Made by a program: the position numbers and the translations under genes
Part shown: piece after piece, positions 10,016-18,574 of the stretch
Position numbering within the stretch: position 1 is the first letter of the stretch
Layout: each line of letters starts with the position of its first letter
The notes under the pieces: generated by a model
The model's input: only the letters and a program-made list of their open reading frames with translations
Databases searched by the model: none
What the model was told of the DNA's origin: nothing
IMG/VR virus record: IMGVR_UViG_3300032236_001024
Location: 1-64,000 of that record
Direction: 5' to 3' (one strand)
From: a virus
Taxonomy: Duplodnaviria; Caudoviricetes
Length of the DNA: 64,000 bases

Positions 10016-10565
10016 TTCGTTTTCCTGTAATTATATTATATAATTGTGTTTCAGTTACGTTATATTCCTTGTGAAATTCTTTAGAAAAAGCTCTCTCATA
10101 AGTAATTTTTCTTCCATTTTTTGATATATCGCCTACCCCTTTTAAAGTAATTTTATTATTATATTTTTCTAAAATTAGACAACATTCATGATCAGTAATT
10201 TTAACTTTGCCAAATCTTTTTCCTTTTCTATTATTTTTAATTTCTTCTGAAAAAGAATACTTTTTTCCTTTATTCCAAGGAATTGTTCCTTTTGGAACCC
10301 CGCCAATATTTGGTCTTTTCTTTCCCTTTTGTAAATTTGAAGAATAATCTGGACCAAATCCAATTCTTTTAGCAATTAATGCAGCTGCAAACCAATCTTC
10401 TTGCTCTAAATGAATATCAAAATGTTCTCTTATTGTAACTAATTGTAAATTTTCTATGTTATTATTTTTATGATTACCATCTATATGATGTATTTCATAA
10501 GAAAACCCATTTTCATCAGTTGGTATTTTGCCGTGTGTATTTTCCCAAATTTTTCTATAATGCAT
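10005..10565 (-). CDS. Free-standing HNH homing endonuclease
   Basis: YEIHHIDGNHKNNNIENLQLVTIREHFDIH HNH motif and a PWNKGK NUMOD-like DNA-binding tail. It is more AT-rich than the flanking genes and lies between the intein halves. Confidence 0.9.
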   Translation of the reverse strand: MHYRKIWENTHGKIPTDENGFSYEIHHIDGNHKNNNIENLQLVTIREHFDIHLEQEDWFAAALIAKRIGFGPDYSSNLQKGKKRPNIGGVPKGTIPWNKGKKYSFSEEIKNNRKGKRFGKVKITDHECCLILEKYNNKITLKGVGDISKNGRKITYERAFSKEFHKEYNVTETQLYNIITGKRNVL

Positions 10566-10590
10566 ATAATTTAATCCTACAAAATTGCAT

Positions 10591-11475
10591 TCATAATATA
10601 TTTATAATTTCTTTGATTGCAACTTTTTTGGAAATGCCATCTATTGAAATATTAATTTCTGTATCACCATCTAAACATTCAAACTCTTGACGGAACTGGT
10701 CAACAGAAGTATTACGGATAGTCTCTACTTTCCATGCTTCATCTCGACCGGGAACATCTGACCAATGAACGTCAACACGAGCATAAGAATTTTCATTATT
10801 AACAGAGTCCATCCAAATTTTATAGAACAAGTTCATTCCATTTGGAGTAGAAGTTATCAGAAGCTTTGATGTGTTACCAGACGAAATAGTGGGGAATACT
10901 GAGGCAAAAAACGTATCTTGGATATTTCTTGGAACGAATGCAAATTCGTCAAGATAAATCAAGTTATAGGATTGACCACGGATAGCAGATGATGAGGTAG
11001 CAGATGCAAGTATTTTAGAGCCATTTTCCAATTCAATATTTCCCTTATTCCACTCAACAACACCTTGCTGCATCCACTTTGGCAACCATTCATAAGCGAG
11101 TTGGACTCTCGACAAAATTTCTTTTGCCTGAACTTGTTTATTGGCAAGAACAGCAATGTTATAATTTTCATTAAATAATATTTTATGTAAAAGATAACCA
11201 ACGACGCCTGTAGTTTTTCCAACCTGACGAGGCATTTTACATATGGTAAAACGATTATCGTCAAATACCTTAAACATCTTTTTCTGATATTCATAAGGTT
11301 TAAATGATACAAGACCTTTATCAACACTTACAATTTTAACATAATTTTCACAAAAATAATTAACATCTTTAGCGCATTTCACATATTCTAGAATTTGATC
11401 TGCCGTAAATTCTAATGTTACATCTTTACGCTTTAGATTTTTATTACCAAGATATATTTCGTTCGTATTACTCAT
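10591..11475 (-). CDS. gp17: Large terminase N-terminal half: ATPase domain fused to IntN (28 aa)
   Basis: Walker A (MPRQVGKTT), Walker B (LIYLDEFAF) and TSTPNG; ends in RQEFE-CLDGDTEI...IL*. Confidence 0.95.
   Translation of the reverse strand: MSNTNEIYLGNKNLKRKDVTLEFTADQILEYVKCAKDVNYFCENYVKIVSVDKGLVSFKPYEYQKKMFKVFDDNRFTICKMPRQVGKTTGVVGYLLHKILFNENYNIAVLANKQVQAKEILSRVQLAYEWLPKWMQQGVVEWNKGNIELENGSKILASATSSSAIRGQSYNLIYLDEFAFVPRNIQDTFFASVFPTISSGNTSKLLITSTPNGMNLFYKIWMDSVNNENSYARVDVHWSDVPGRDEAWKVETIRNTSVDQFRQEFECLDGDTEINISIDGISKKVAIKEIINIL
10594..10677 (-). mobile_element. Split intein, N-fragment (IntN, 28 aa)
   Basis: CLDGDTEI is intein block A starting at Cys1; a stop follows after 28 aa. Confidence 0.9.
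10599..10606 (-). promoter_or_regulatory. Late promoter TATAAATA inside the last IntN codons
   Basis: ATT ATA AAT ATA TTA TGA contains the exact consensus, 34 bp upstream of the HNH ATG. Confidence 0.6.
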
Positions 11476-11482
11476 AATTTAA

Positions 11483-11866
11483 TCAATCTCTATCAGTAAC
11501 GTGATACGCCCACATATGAGTTTCACCTTTTTTCAAAGCATCTCTATATCTATGATGACCATCAACAATTTTCCCATTTTCAATTACTATAGGTGGTCTT
11601 GTTTCTGAAGACATTTTACTATATTTTGCTTGTTTTTTATTACTAGGAATATTATGGTCAGCATCACCAGATTTTATATCACTTAATGGTGTTTTCTTTA
11701 ATTTTGCTTCAGCACCACGAAAATAATCAACCATGAGACCATGATCAACATCATCAGAAGATGTTCTTTCTATATGATCTGCAATATCATGTTCATCCTT
11801 CAGATGATGTTCATATCCTTTAGGAGGTTCATTACTTTCAAATATAAAATTTTTAAATGTCTTCAT
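11483..11866 (-). CDS. ParB/Sulfiredoxin-like domain protein with a capsid-targeting-like N-terminus
   Basis: RPPIVIENGKIVDGHHRYRDA matches the ParB/Srx DGxHR motif; the N-terminus is MKTFKNFIFE. Confidence 0.7.
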   Translation of the reverse strand: MKTFKNFIFESNEPPKGYEHHLKDEHDIADHIERTSSDDVDHGLMVDYFRGAEAKLKKTPLSDIKSGDADHNIPSNKKQAKYSKMSSETRPPIVIENGKIVDGHHRYRDALKKGETHMWAYHVTDRD

Positions 11867-12260
11867 TTGCCTTATCTTTTATCATTTTTAATAGTTCAGT
11901 GGATGATCCAACAAACAAATTATTATTCACTGTCTTATTGCCTTCATTGTTATTATCAGGCTTTGTCAATTCTTTGTTCTTCTTAGCCAAATCCATCAGG
12001 TCTTTGTTAGCATCAGCAAGTGTTTTGATAAGATTAGTAACAACCTCAAATGCTCTTGGCGACTCAGATTGTCTGGCAATATCCACAATATCTTCTAGGG
12101 CTGATGTGCCTTTTTCAATAATGTCGTACATATTTTGACGGGCATATTCATAGTCGTTCTTTTCTGTTTTTGCTGGCAAGAAAACAGGATTTGGTGCAGG
12201 AGGAATTGGAGGAATTCCAAGAGAATTTGATATTATATCTTTATTTGGCATTTGAATCAC
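11853..12260 (-). CDS. gp16: Small terminase subunit (true start probably 12251, MPNKD)
   Basis: DYEYARQNMYDIIEKG...ARQSESPRAFEV...NNNLFVGSSTELLKM. Confidence 0.9.
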   Translation of the reverse strand: MIQMPNKDIISNSLGIPPIPPAPNPVFLPAKTEKNDYEYARQNMYDIIEKGTSALEDIVDIARQSESPRAFEVVTNLIKTLADANKDLMDLAKKNKELTKPDNNNEGNKTVNNNLFVGSSTELLKMIKDKANEDI

Positions 12261-13053
12261 TCACAGTTACGATGAACCCATAAGAATCTGTTTCATCAAT
12301 TTGAGAAAGAGCAACTGATAATTCTGCATTAGATGTTGGTTCACCATCTACTGTAAGCCCAGGTCTAATCAAAGTAGTAACAATACCAGTATTTGCAGTC
12401 GTATCAGGATATATTCTAACATCAGCAATCTTAATAATTTTACTTTCTGTGACAGGACCATAGAAATAACATTTCATAGTAAATGAAAGAGAAAATGTTA
12501 AAACTCTTCTTACTGTAAAATCAGAAGCATAACTATCATCAATTTCTACATTGTCTAATACAATTGGTATATCAGTCGCATTATCATAATCAGACAAAAG
12601 TCTTGCAGTTACTGTCCATTCTGGTGTAAAATAAGGAAGTATTTGTTCTACAATTCTTAATCCATCTTCCATTGTTTTCACCATAATATCTAGTCTAAAA
12701 CCTAGATTATATGGAGCAGGATTATATACTTTCTTGTAAGTATTAATGCCATTTATTTCTTTTCTAGAAGCAATTTTATTAATTGTTGAAAGTTTTCTAC
12801 TAGGATCATAATTTACTGAAGTAATCTCAAATGACATGCGTGGTAATCTAATTGCAGTTAATGCTGCAGCTTCTGGATTATCTTCAATACGAGCAAGAAA
12901 TTTTTCTCTAGGCCCATATGCAATAGGAATTTTAAATGACTGTTCAAGAACACCAGCATCATTTACTCTTTCAATTTTGATATTATTGAAAAGAGTGCCA
13001 AATATGACAACATATTTTTTAAATAGTGAATTATAAAATGGTGATGATAACAT
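12241..13053 (-). CDS. gp15: Tail sheath terminator/stabilizer
   Basis: KIPIAYGPREKFLARI, LPRMSFEITS and IVEQILPYFTPE. Confidence 0.92.
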   Translation of the reverse strand: MLSSPFYNSLFKKYVVIFGTLFNNIKIERVNDAGVLEQSFKIPIAYGPREKFLARIEDNPEAAALTAIRLPRMSFEITSVNYDPSRKLSTINKIASRKEINGINTYKKVYNPAPYNLGFRLDIMVKTMEDGLRIVEQILPYFTPEWTVTARLLSDYDNATDIPIVLDNVEIDDSYASDFTVRRVLTFSLSFTMKCYFYGPVTESKIIKIADVRIYPDTTANTGIVTTLIRPGLTVDGEPTSNAELSVALSQIDETDSYGFIVTVSDSNAK

Positions 13054-13781
13054 TACGCTCTTTTCTCCAACTCACTAAATGGGTCACGCTCAGAAAAATC
13101 TAGGAAGTCTATACCTTCAGTTTCAAAATAATCATTCTGAGAACCTTCATCCAATCTGTTTATGCTATATTCTTCTTCCAGAATATCAAATCCAGCTTCA
13201 TCTAATAGAACAACACCAGTTTCTGTGGTGAAAACATAAGGATCGACAGTAGTTAAGAATGCATTATATGTATTATCAATTATATCAATGCCAGTATTAA
13301 ATACCTCATTGGAATATTCAAATAGCTCACAAACAACATCATAGAATTGTAATGCGCCCATCTGATAAAATATAGGTTTTTTATTGACATATTTTATATG
13401 ATAAAGTGCTTTATTAAATGGGAACCAAATTAAATCATTTTCAATCGGTCTATCTCTTCTTAATATAGAGCCAACTTCATTATCAAATACTCTCATTGCA
13501 ATAGAGAATGTAATTTGATCTCTTACTTCAACGCCAAATTTAGAAAGGAATTCACCATCACCTTCAAATCCATCAACATTCTTGATATACATTTCAACAA
13601 GAATTGCTCCACCATATTCAGTGACTGATTGCTCTCTGAAAGTGTTGTCTCTGGTAACAATTTTTCTTGGCACATAATAGGTATCTACACCATGAATTTT
13701 TATAGATTCAATGATAAGGTTCTCTATTAAGTTCTGTTCACCAGAAGAAGAAAAATTATTAAAATAGAAGCTAGTTGCCAT
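13053..13781 (-). CDS. gp14: Neck protein
   Basis: EQNLIENLIIESIKIHG, GDGEFLSKFGVEVRD and FSERDPF. Confidence 0.92.
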   Translation of the reverse strand: MATSFYFNNFSSSGEQNLIENLIIESIKIHGVDTYYVPRKIVTRDNTFREQSVTEYGGAILVEMYIKNVDGFEGDGEFLSKFGVEVRDQITFSIAMRVFDNEVGSILRRDRPIENDLIWFPFNKALYHIKYVNKKPIFYQMGALQFYDVVCELFEYSNEVFNTGIDIIDNTYNAFLTTVDPYVFTTETGVVLLDEAGFDILEEEYSINRLDEGSQNDYFETEGIDFLDFSERDPFSELEKRA

Positions 13782-14338
13782 TAGTGATCCAATTCAGCCA
13801 ATTTATGGCGTATAGCTGCAATAATTTTCATATGAGTTTTTGATAAAACTCTTTCTTTTTCTATATAGTTCATTATGTTGAGAGTTTCTTTCTTATACTT
13901 CTCACGCCAAGCAGCATTCTTTGCTGTTTTTAAATCAGAAACATTATCAAGTCTGTCAGCAAGTTTAATTACCAATGCATAACTTGTCATTTTCTTCATT
14001 TTTTGGGACAAATATTCTGTTTTACCAACCTTTGCAATCTCTTCTTTGTCAGAAGTTAATTCCTGCACAAGAGAAGCAACAAGAGCACCAAACATTTTTT
14101 CTAAATCTTCTTTAGTTGTATTGGTGTCTTCAATGGTATCATGAGTATATGCAGCACTTATAAGAGCGTCAAGATTATGTGATTTTTTGAATTGTTTGAC
14201 AAGTGCAGCAACTCTTTCTGGATGACGAATATAAGAAGAGCCATCTGATCTTGTTTGACCAGCGTGTGCTCTGGCAGCATAATTCCATGCACTCTTTATA
14301 TCTTCGTCTAATTGAACAAATAAATTAAATGGTAACAT
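13781..14338 (-). CDS. HD-domain small alarmone hydrolase (RelA/SpoT hydrolase, Mesh1-like)
   Basis: AHAGQTRSDGSSYIRHPERVA, AAYTHDTIEDT, FGALVASLVQELTSDK and IKLADRLDN give the complete SAH motif set. Confidence 0.88.
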   Translation of the reverse strand: MLPFNLFVQLDEDIKSAWNYAARAHAGQTRSDGSSYIRHPERVAALVKQFKKSHNLDALISAAYTHDTIEDTNTTKEDLEKMFGALVASLVQELTSDKEEIAKVGKTEYLSQKMKKMTSYALVIKLADRLDNVSDLKTAKNAAWREKYKKETLNIMNYIEKERVLSKTHMKIIAAIRHKLAELDH

Positions 14339-14342
14339 TATT

Positions 14343-15083
14343 TTATCCTATGAGATCGCTAACAGGCAAGCTGTAACTACTAATCATTTCTGCTTCTAAT
14401 TTATCAATTGCATCATGTGCATCTTGATAAATCTTTTCACCATTAAAAGTTACACCACCAGGCAACTGCATACCAACAAACTTGGTAAGATTAGTTCCCC
14501 ACTGCTTCTTAATTAACTCAGAAGCATATCTCTGAAGCCATCTATCATTCCATACATCTGTAAATTCTGCAGGATCGACAATTTGATAAGCTTCTACTAC
14601 AAGAAATTGACCAACAATAATTTTATCCCAGTTAACATCAATATAAAGTTTATTAGTATTTCTGTTATATCTAATTGGTTGTTTTCCAACAAGAAGACCT
14701 TCTAGCAATTGAAGTTGTTGGAATGCCATATAATATGGAACCATAGACTGATATGTCAATGTGTAGAGATCGTTCAAAGCAATCTGATATCTGATATTAA
14801 AGATATTATTTGATGAAATATAATCACCAATATCAAATATATTGACAGCACCAATAATGTTTTGTGGAAGAGTGATATACTTGTTTGTTATATCTTCTGC
14901 TGTAAATTGATGCTTATAATATATTTTTTCAGTACCATCAAAATGATAATCCCAATAATACTTCAATGCTTCATCAATACGATCCTCAACCTGATCATCA
15001 TCAACATTGATTTCGATAACTGGTTTCCCAAGTTTACGAAGACAGTATTCTTTGAATTGCTCTCTAGTAGTTAATGTTGCCAT
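14343..15083 (-). CDS. gp13: Neck protein
   Basis: TTREQFKEYCLRKLGKPVIEINVDDDQVEDRID and KKQWGTNLTKFVGMQLPGGVTFNG. Confidence 0.95.
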   Translation of the reverse strand: MATLTTREQFKEYCLRKLGKPVIEINVDDDQVEDRIDEALKYYWDYHFDGTEKIYYKHQFTAEDITNKYITLPQNIIGAVNIFDIGDYISSNNIFNIRYQIALNDLYTLTYQSMVPYYMAFQQLQLLEGLLVGKQPIRYNRNTNKLYIDVNWDKIIVGQFLVVEAYQIVDPAEFTDVWNDRWLQRYASELIKKQWGTNLTKFVGMQLPGGVTFNGEKIYQDAHDAIDKLEAEMISSYSLPVSDLIG

Positions 15084-15104
15084 TTTTATAATACCTTTTT
15101 TAAG

Positions 15105-15112
15105 TATTTATG
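15105..15112 (-). promoter_or_regulatory. Late promoter variant CATAAATA upstream of gp13
   Basis: One mismatch to the consensus; overlaps the upstream stop codon. Confidence 0.55.
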
Positions 15113-15392
15113 ATTTAGTTAGCGCAGCAAGTTGTGAGGTTAAAAATTCCAATTGTGTTTGAATTTGCTCCACTGTAATTTGTGTTATTGTGGTTTCAGG
15201 TAGTAAAAATTCAATAAATTCATCATTCAATGAATAATACCATTGATTTGCAATAATATTACTACCACAATCAACCCAAAATAAATCTTCATGAACTTCA
15301 AATTCATTTTCACAAACTTCTGCAATTCTGCTACCAATAATTTCATTATTACTATTATAAATTTTTTCATTTGATGATATTAAAGCTTTCAT
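15108..15392 (-). CDS. Small acidic protein, probable tail fibre-associated or assembly protein
   Basis: 94 aa with a coiled-coil C-terminus; directly follows the Gly-rich fibre gene. Confidence 0.55.
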   Translation of the reverse strand: MKALISSNEKIYNSNNEIIGSRIAEVCENEFEVHEDLFWVDCGSNIIANQWYYSLNDEFIEFLLPETTITQITVEQIQTQLEFLTSQLAALTKS

Positions 15393-15393
15393 T

Positions 15394-18300
15394 TTAATAC
15401 TCCACTATTACAACACCAGGAGAACCAGAAGCACCATTGGTATTGCCGCCTCCTCCACCAGCACCATAAGCTATACCAATAGTAGAACTTGTGGAATAAC
15501 CACCTCCAGAACCACCCCCTCCAAAAATGGAACTTCCTCCAGTACCACCAGCGTAATTACTCCCACCAGCAGTGTATATACCAGAACCTCCGGAACCTCC
15601 ACCATAATTAATAATACCACCCGAACCAATTCCTCCACTAGAACCACCGCCAGTAGCATATAAACCGCCTTTTCCTCCGGTTGCAGAACAATAAGAACCA
15701 AATGAAGAAGTTCCGCCATCAAATCCTTGTGAACTTGTGCCACCACCATTACCAGCATTGCCAATAGTTAATCGAATAGAGTCAAAAGGATTTACTGTTA
15801 TTATTTTTATTGCGGTTCCACCAGCACCGCCACCACCGCCACCCCAATCGCCACCAGATGCTCCACCACCACCACCGCCACCAACAACAGTTACTTTAAT
15901 TTTGGTGATATTATTAGGAACATTAAATAATTGAGCACTACCAGTGTATTCGAATACTTTAATATTAGTAAATCCACCACCAGTTCCACTACCACCACTT
16001 CCTGGTGATCCAGTATAACCAACTGCAACAGATGCACCAGATGATCCAGTATATGCTCTAGAACCAGTATATCCTTTTGCACCATCACCTATAACACTTA
16101 CTGTTCTTGTATGAAAATTGTCTGGAATACCAGCAAATGAAAATTCATGTTCAGATTGTAAAAAGAATTTTAATTTATATGGTGCTAAAGGAATCGTAGA
16201 ATCGTAAAAATCAGTTCCAAAGAAACTACCATTAGAATTTAATGGTACTGAATTCCAAAAACCTCCTGTATCAGTAACTTTAGCTATTTGTTTTCCTGTA
16301 AAATCTTCAATCGTGTAGTAAAATTGATCTCCAGGTTTACCATCGGTAATCGACCAACCAAAAGTTTGATTTTGTACTACAGAAGATGGATATGTTATTT
16401 TAACATTATTAATAACAGTAGTACTCAATTTTACTACAGCGCCTGAAGAAAAATTAAATCTTAATGATAACTTTCCTACATATCGATAATCAAAAAATGT
16501 ATTATTTAATTTAGTTACATTTCCATCTGAATCAACTGGTTGAAATGTTAATGAAGTATTAAGCCATGGCATATTGTTGCCAGTAATGTATAAATCATAA
16601 TATTCATTTGGTTGTGCGCCAGTAATATAAAAATCAAATGGTTGACCGTATATTATTGTTGATGGGAATGATATACTCAATCCTTTTGCACCACCTGATC
16701 CCCTATATCCTACAGAACCTCTATAACCTTCTAACCCTCGTGATCCATTAAATCCAACAGAACCTTGATAGCCATTAGTTCCTCTTGCACCAGATGATCC
16801 TTGATAACCAATATTTCCTAATGATCCTTGATAACCTTCAGAACCACGATAACCAACGGAACCACGATATCCTGCTCCTGCAGAACCAGTATATCCATCT
16901 TTACCTTGCGAACCTTGATATCCAACAGAAGATGAATAACCTATTGATCCTCTATAACCTGTCAGACCAATACCTAATGAACCAGTATATCCAACAAACC
17001 CAGCTGAACCTTGAAATCCAACAGAACCATTATAACCTACTGAACCACGAACACCTGGTCCTAATGAACCAGTGTATCCAATTATTCCTTGAGAACCTCT
17101 AAATCCTTCAGAACCTTTATAGCCTGAACAGCCTGTATATCCTATTGTTCCTTGAAATCCAGAACTTCCACGATAACCAGCCGAACCTTGAAATCCTACT
17201 GAGCCAAAATAACCTGTTGATCCTCTGACACCTGGTCCTAATGAACCAACATAACCAACTGGTCCTATATCACCAACAGAACCACGATAACCGACTGAAC
17301 CACGAACACCTGGTCCTAATGAACCAACATAACCAACTTCACCTTGTGAACCTTTGAATCCAGTATTTCCACGAAGACCAAGCGAACCTTGATAACCTGC
17401 CGATCCTTGATAACCTTCTGATCCTTGAAATCCTACTGATCCTTGAAACCCTACGGAACCTGAATAACCTCTAGAACCTCTATATCCTTCAGAACCTTGA
17501 TAACCTTCTGATCCTTTATAACCTACTGAACCTTTATAACCTACCGATCCAGTATAGCCAACTATACCTTGTGAACCTTGATAGCCTTCAGAGCCTTTAT
17601 AACCTGCAGAACCTTTATAGCCAGTAACTCCCGGTCCTAATGAACCTGTATATCCAACAAATCCAGCTGAACCTTGAAATCCTACTGAGCCTGAATAACC
17701 TCTAGAACCTCTATATCCTTCAGACCCTTGATAACCTTCAGAGCCTTTATATCCTTCTGAACCTTTATAACCTTCTGACCCACGATAGCCAGTTAATCCT
17801 TGACCCAAAGAACCAGTATATCCAACAATACCAGATGAGCCTCGAAATCCTACAGAACCTTGATAACCTGGACCTCCAGAACCAGTAAAACCAACTATTC
17901 CTTGTGAACCTATAAATCCTACAGAACCTCTATATCCTGCAGAACCTTGATAACCTTCTGATCCTTGATAACCTTCACTTCCTTTGTATCCTTCAGAACC
18001 CTTATATCCTTCCGATCCACGATAACCAGTAAGTCCTGGTCCACCAGAACCAGTATAACCTACCGATCCTTGATAACCTTCTGATCCACGATAACCAGTA
18101 ACTCCTGGTCCTAACGAACCTGTATATCCAACACTACCAGATGAACCTTGATAACCTTCTGATCCACGATAACCAGTAGTTCCTGGTCCACCTGAACCAA
18201 CATATCCAGTATCGCCTCTTGAACCTCTAAAACCTTCTGATCCACGATATCCTGCTGATCCCTGAACACCTGGTCCTAATGATCCAGTATAACCAACAAT

Positions 18301-18567
18301 ACCTATATCACCAACAGAACCACGATAACCCACCGATCCTTGAACACCAGGACCACCTGAACCAGTATAACCAGTTGGTCCTACATCACCAACCGATCCA
18401 CGATATCCTACAGAACCATTATAACCAGGCAAACCATTGACAGCACCAGAAGACCCAGTGTATCCAATACTCAAACTTGTAATACTTGCTATACTTGCAA
18501 CTAATTCTGCAAAATTAGCATTCAAATCTGATGCTTTTAAATAATCAAATTGTGCCCAAATTTTCAT
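15394..18567 (-). CDS. Collagen-like (GYxGSx)n tail fibre with a Gly-rich C-terminal domain
   Basis: About 590 aa of Gly-X-Y repeats, two beta-rich domains, and a C-terminal VTVVGGGGGGG...GGxGGTSSFG Gly-rich tip. Confidence 0.8.
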   Translation of the reverse strand: MKIWAQFDYLKASDLNANFAELVASIASITSLSIGYTGSSGAVNGLPGYNGSVGYRGSVGDVGPTGYTGSGGPGVQGSVGYRGSVGDIGIVGYTGSLGPGVQGSAGYRGSEGFRGSRGDTGYVGSGGPGTTGYRGSEGYQGSSGSVGYTGSLGPGVTGYRGSEGYQGSVGYTGSGGPGLTGYRGSEGYKGSEGYKGSEGYQGSEGYQGSAGYRGSVGFIGSQGIVGFTGSGGPGYQGSVGFRGSSGIVGYTGSLGQGLTGYRGSEGYKGSEGYKGSEGYQGSEGYRGSRGYSGSVGFQGSAGFVGYTGSLGPGVTGYKGSAGYKGSEGYQGSQGIVGYTGSVGYKGSVGYKGSEGYQGSEGYRGSRGYSGSVGFQGSVGFQGSEGYQGSAGYQGSLGLRGNTGFKGSQGEVGYVGSLGPGVRGSVGYRGSVGDIGPVGYVGSLGPGVRGSTGYFGSVGFQGSAGYRGSSGFQGTIGYTGCSGYKGSEGFRGSQGIIGYTGSLGPGVRGSVGYNGSVGFQGSAGFVGYTGSLGIGLTGYRGSIGYSSSVGYQGSQGKDGYTGSAGAGYRGSVGYRGSEGYQGSLGNIGYQGSSGARGTNGYQGSVGFNGSRGLEGYRGSVGYRGSGGAKGLSISFPSTIIYGQPFDFYITGAQPNEYYDLYITGNNMPWLNTSLTFQPVDSDGNVTKLNNTFFDYRYVGKLSLRFNFSSGAVVKLSTTVINNVKITYPSSVVQNQTFGWSITDGKPGDQFYYTIEDFTGKQIAKVTDTGGFWNSVPLNSNGSFFGTDFYDSTIPLAPYKLKFFLQSEHEFSFAGIPDNFHTRTVSVIGDGAKGYTGSRAYTGSSGASVAVGYTGSPGSGGSGTGGGFTNIKVFEYTGSAQLFNVPNNITKIKVTVVGGGGGGGASGGDWGGGGGGAGGTAIKIITVNPFDSIRLTIGNAGNGGGTSSQGFDGGTSSFGSYCSATGGKGGLYATGGGSSGGIGSGGIINYGGGSGGSGIYTAGGSNYAGGTGGSSIFGGGGSGGGYSTSSTIGIAYGAGGGGGNTNGASGSPGVVIVEY
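16690..18470 (-). repeat. Imperfect 18-bp/9-bp coding tandem repeat (GGTTAT-NNN-GGTTCT-NNN)
   Basis: Recurrent CCTTGATAACCTTCTGAT-like units on the plus strand. Confidence 0.85.
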
Positions 18568-18574
18568 TAAATTA

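Noticed and set aside
10005-10590. Group I intron interrupting terL
   Set aside because: The flanks carry complete intein blocks (A; B, F, G) that rejoin at the protein level. The 25-nt gap and 11-nt overlap leave no room for an intron core.
10556-10590. RBS-sequestering hairpin over the HNH start (AATGC...GCATT)
   Set aside because: The pairing is short, AU-rich and bulged, and cannot be distinguished from chance without folding calculations.
16690-18470. CRISPR-like or non-coding repeat array
   Set aside because: The repeats are in-frame, degenerate at third codon positions and lack unique spacers. No cas genes are present.
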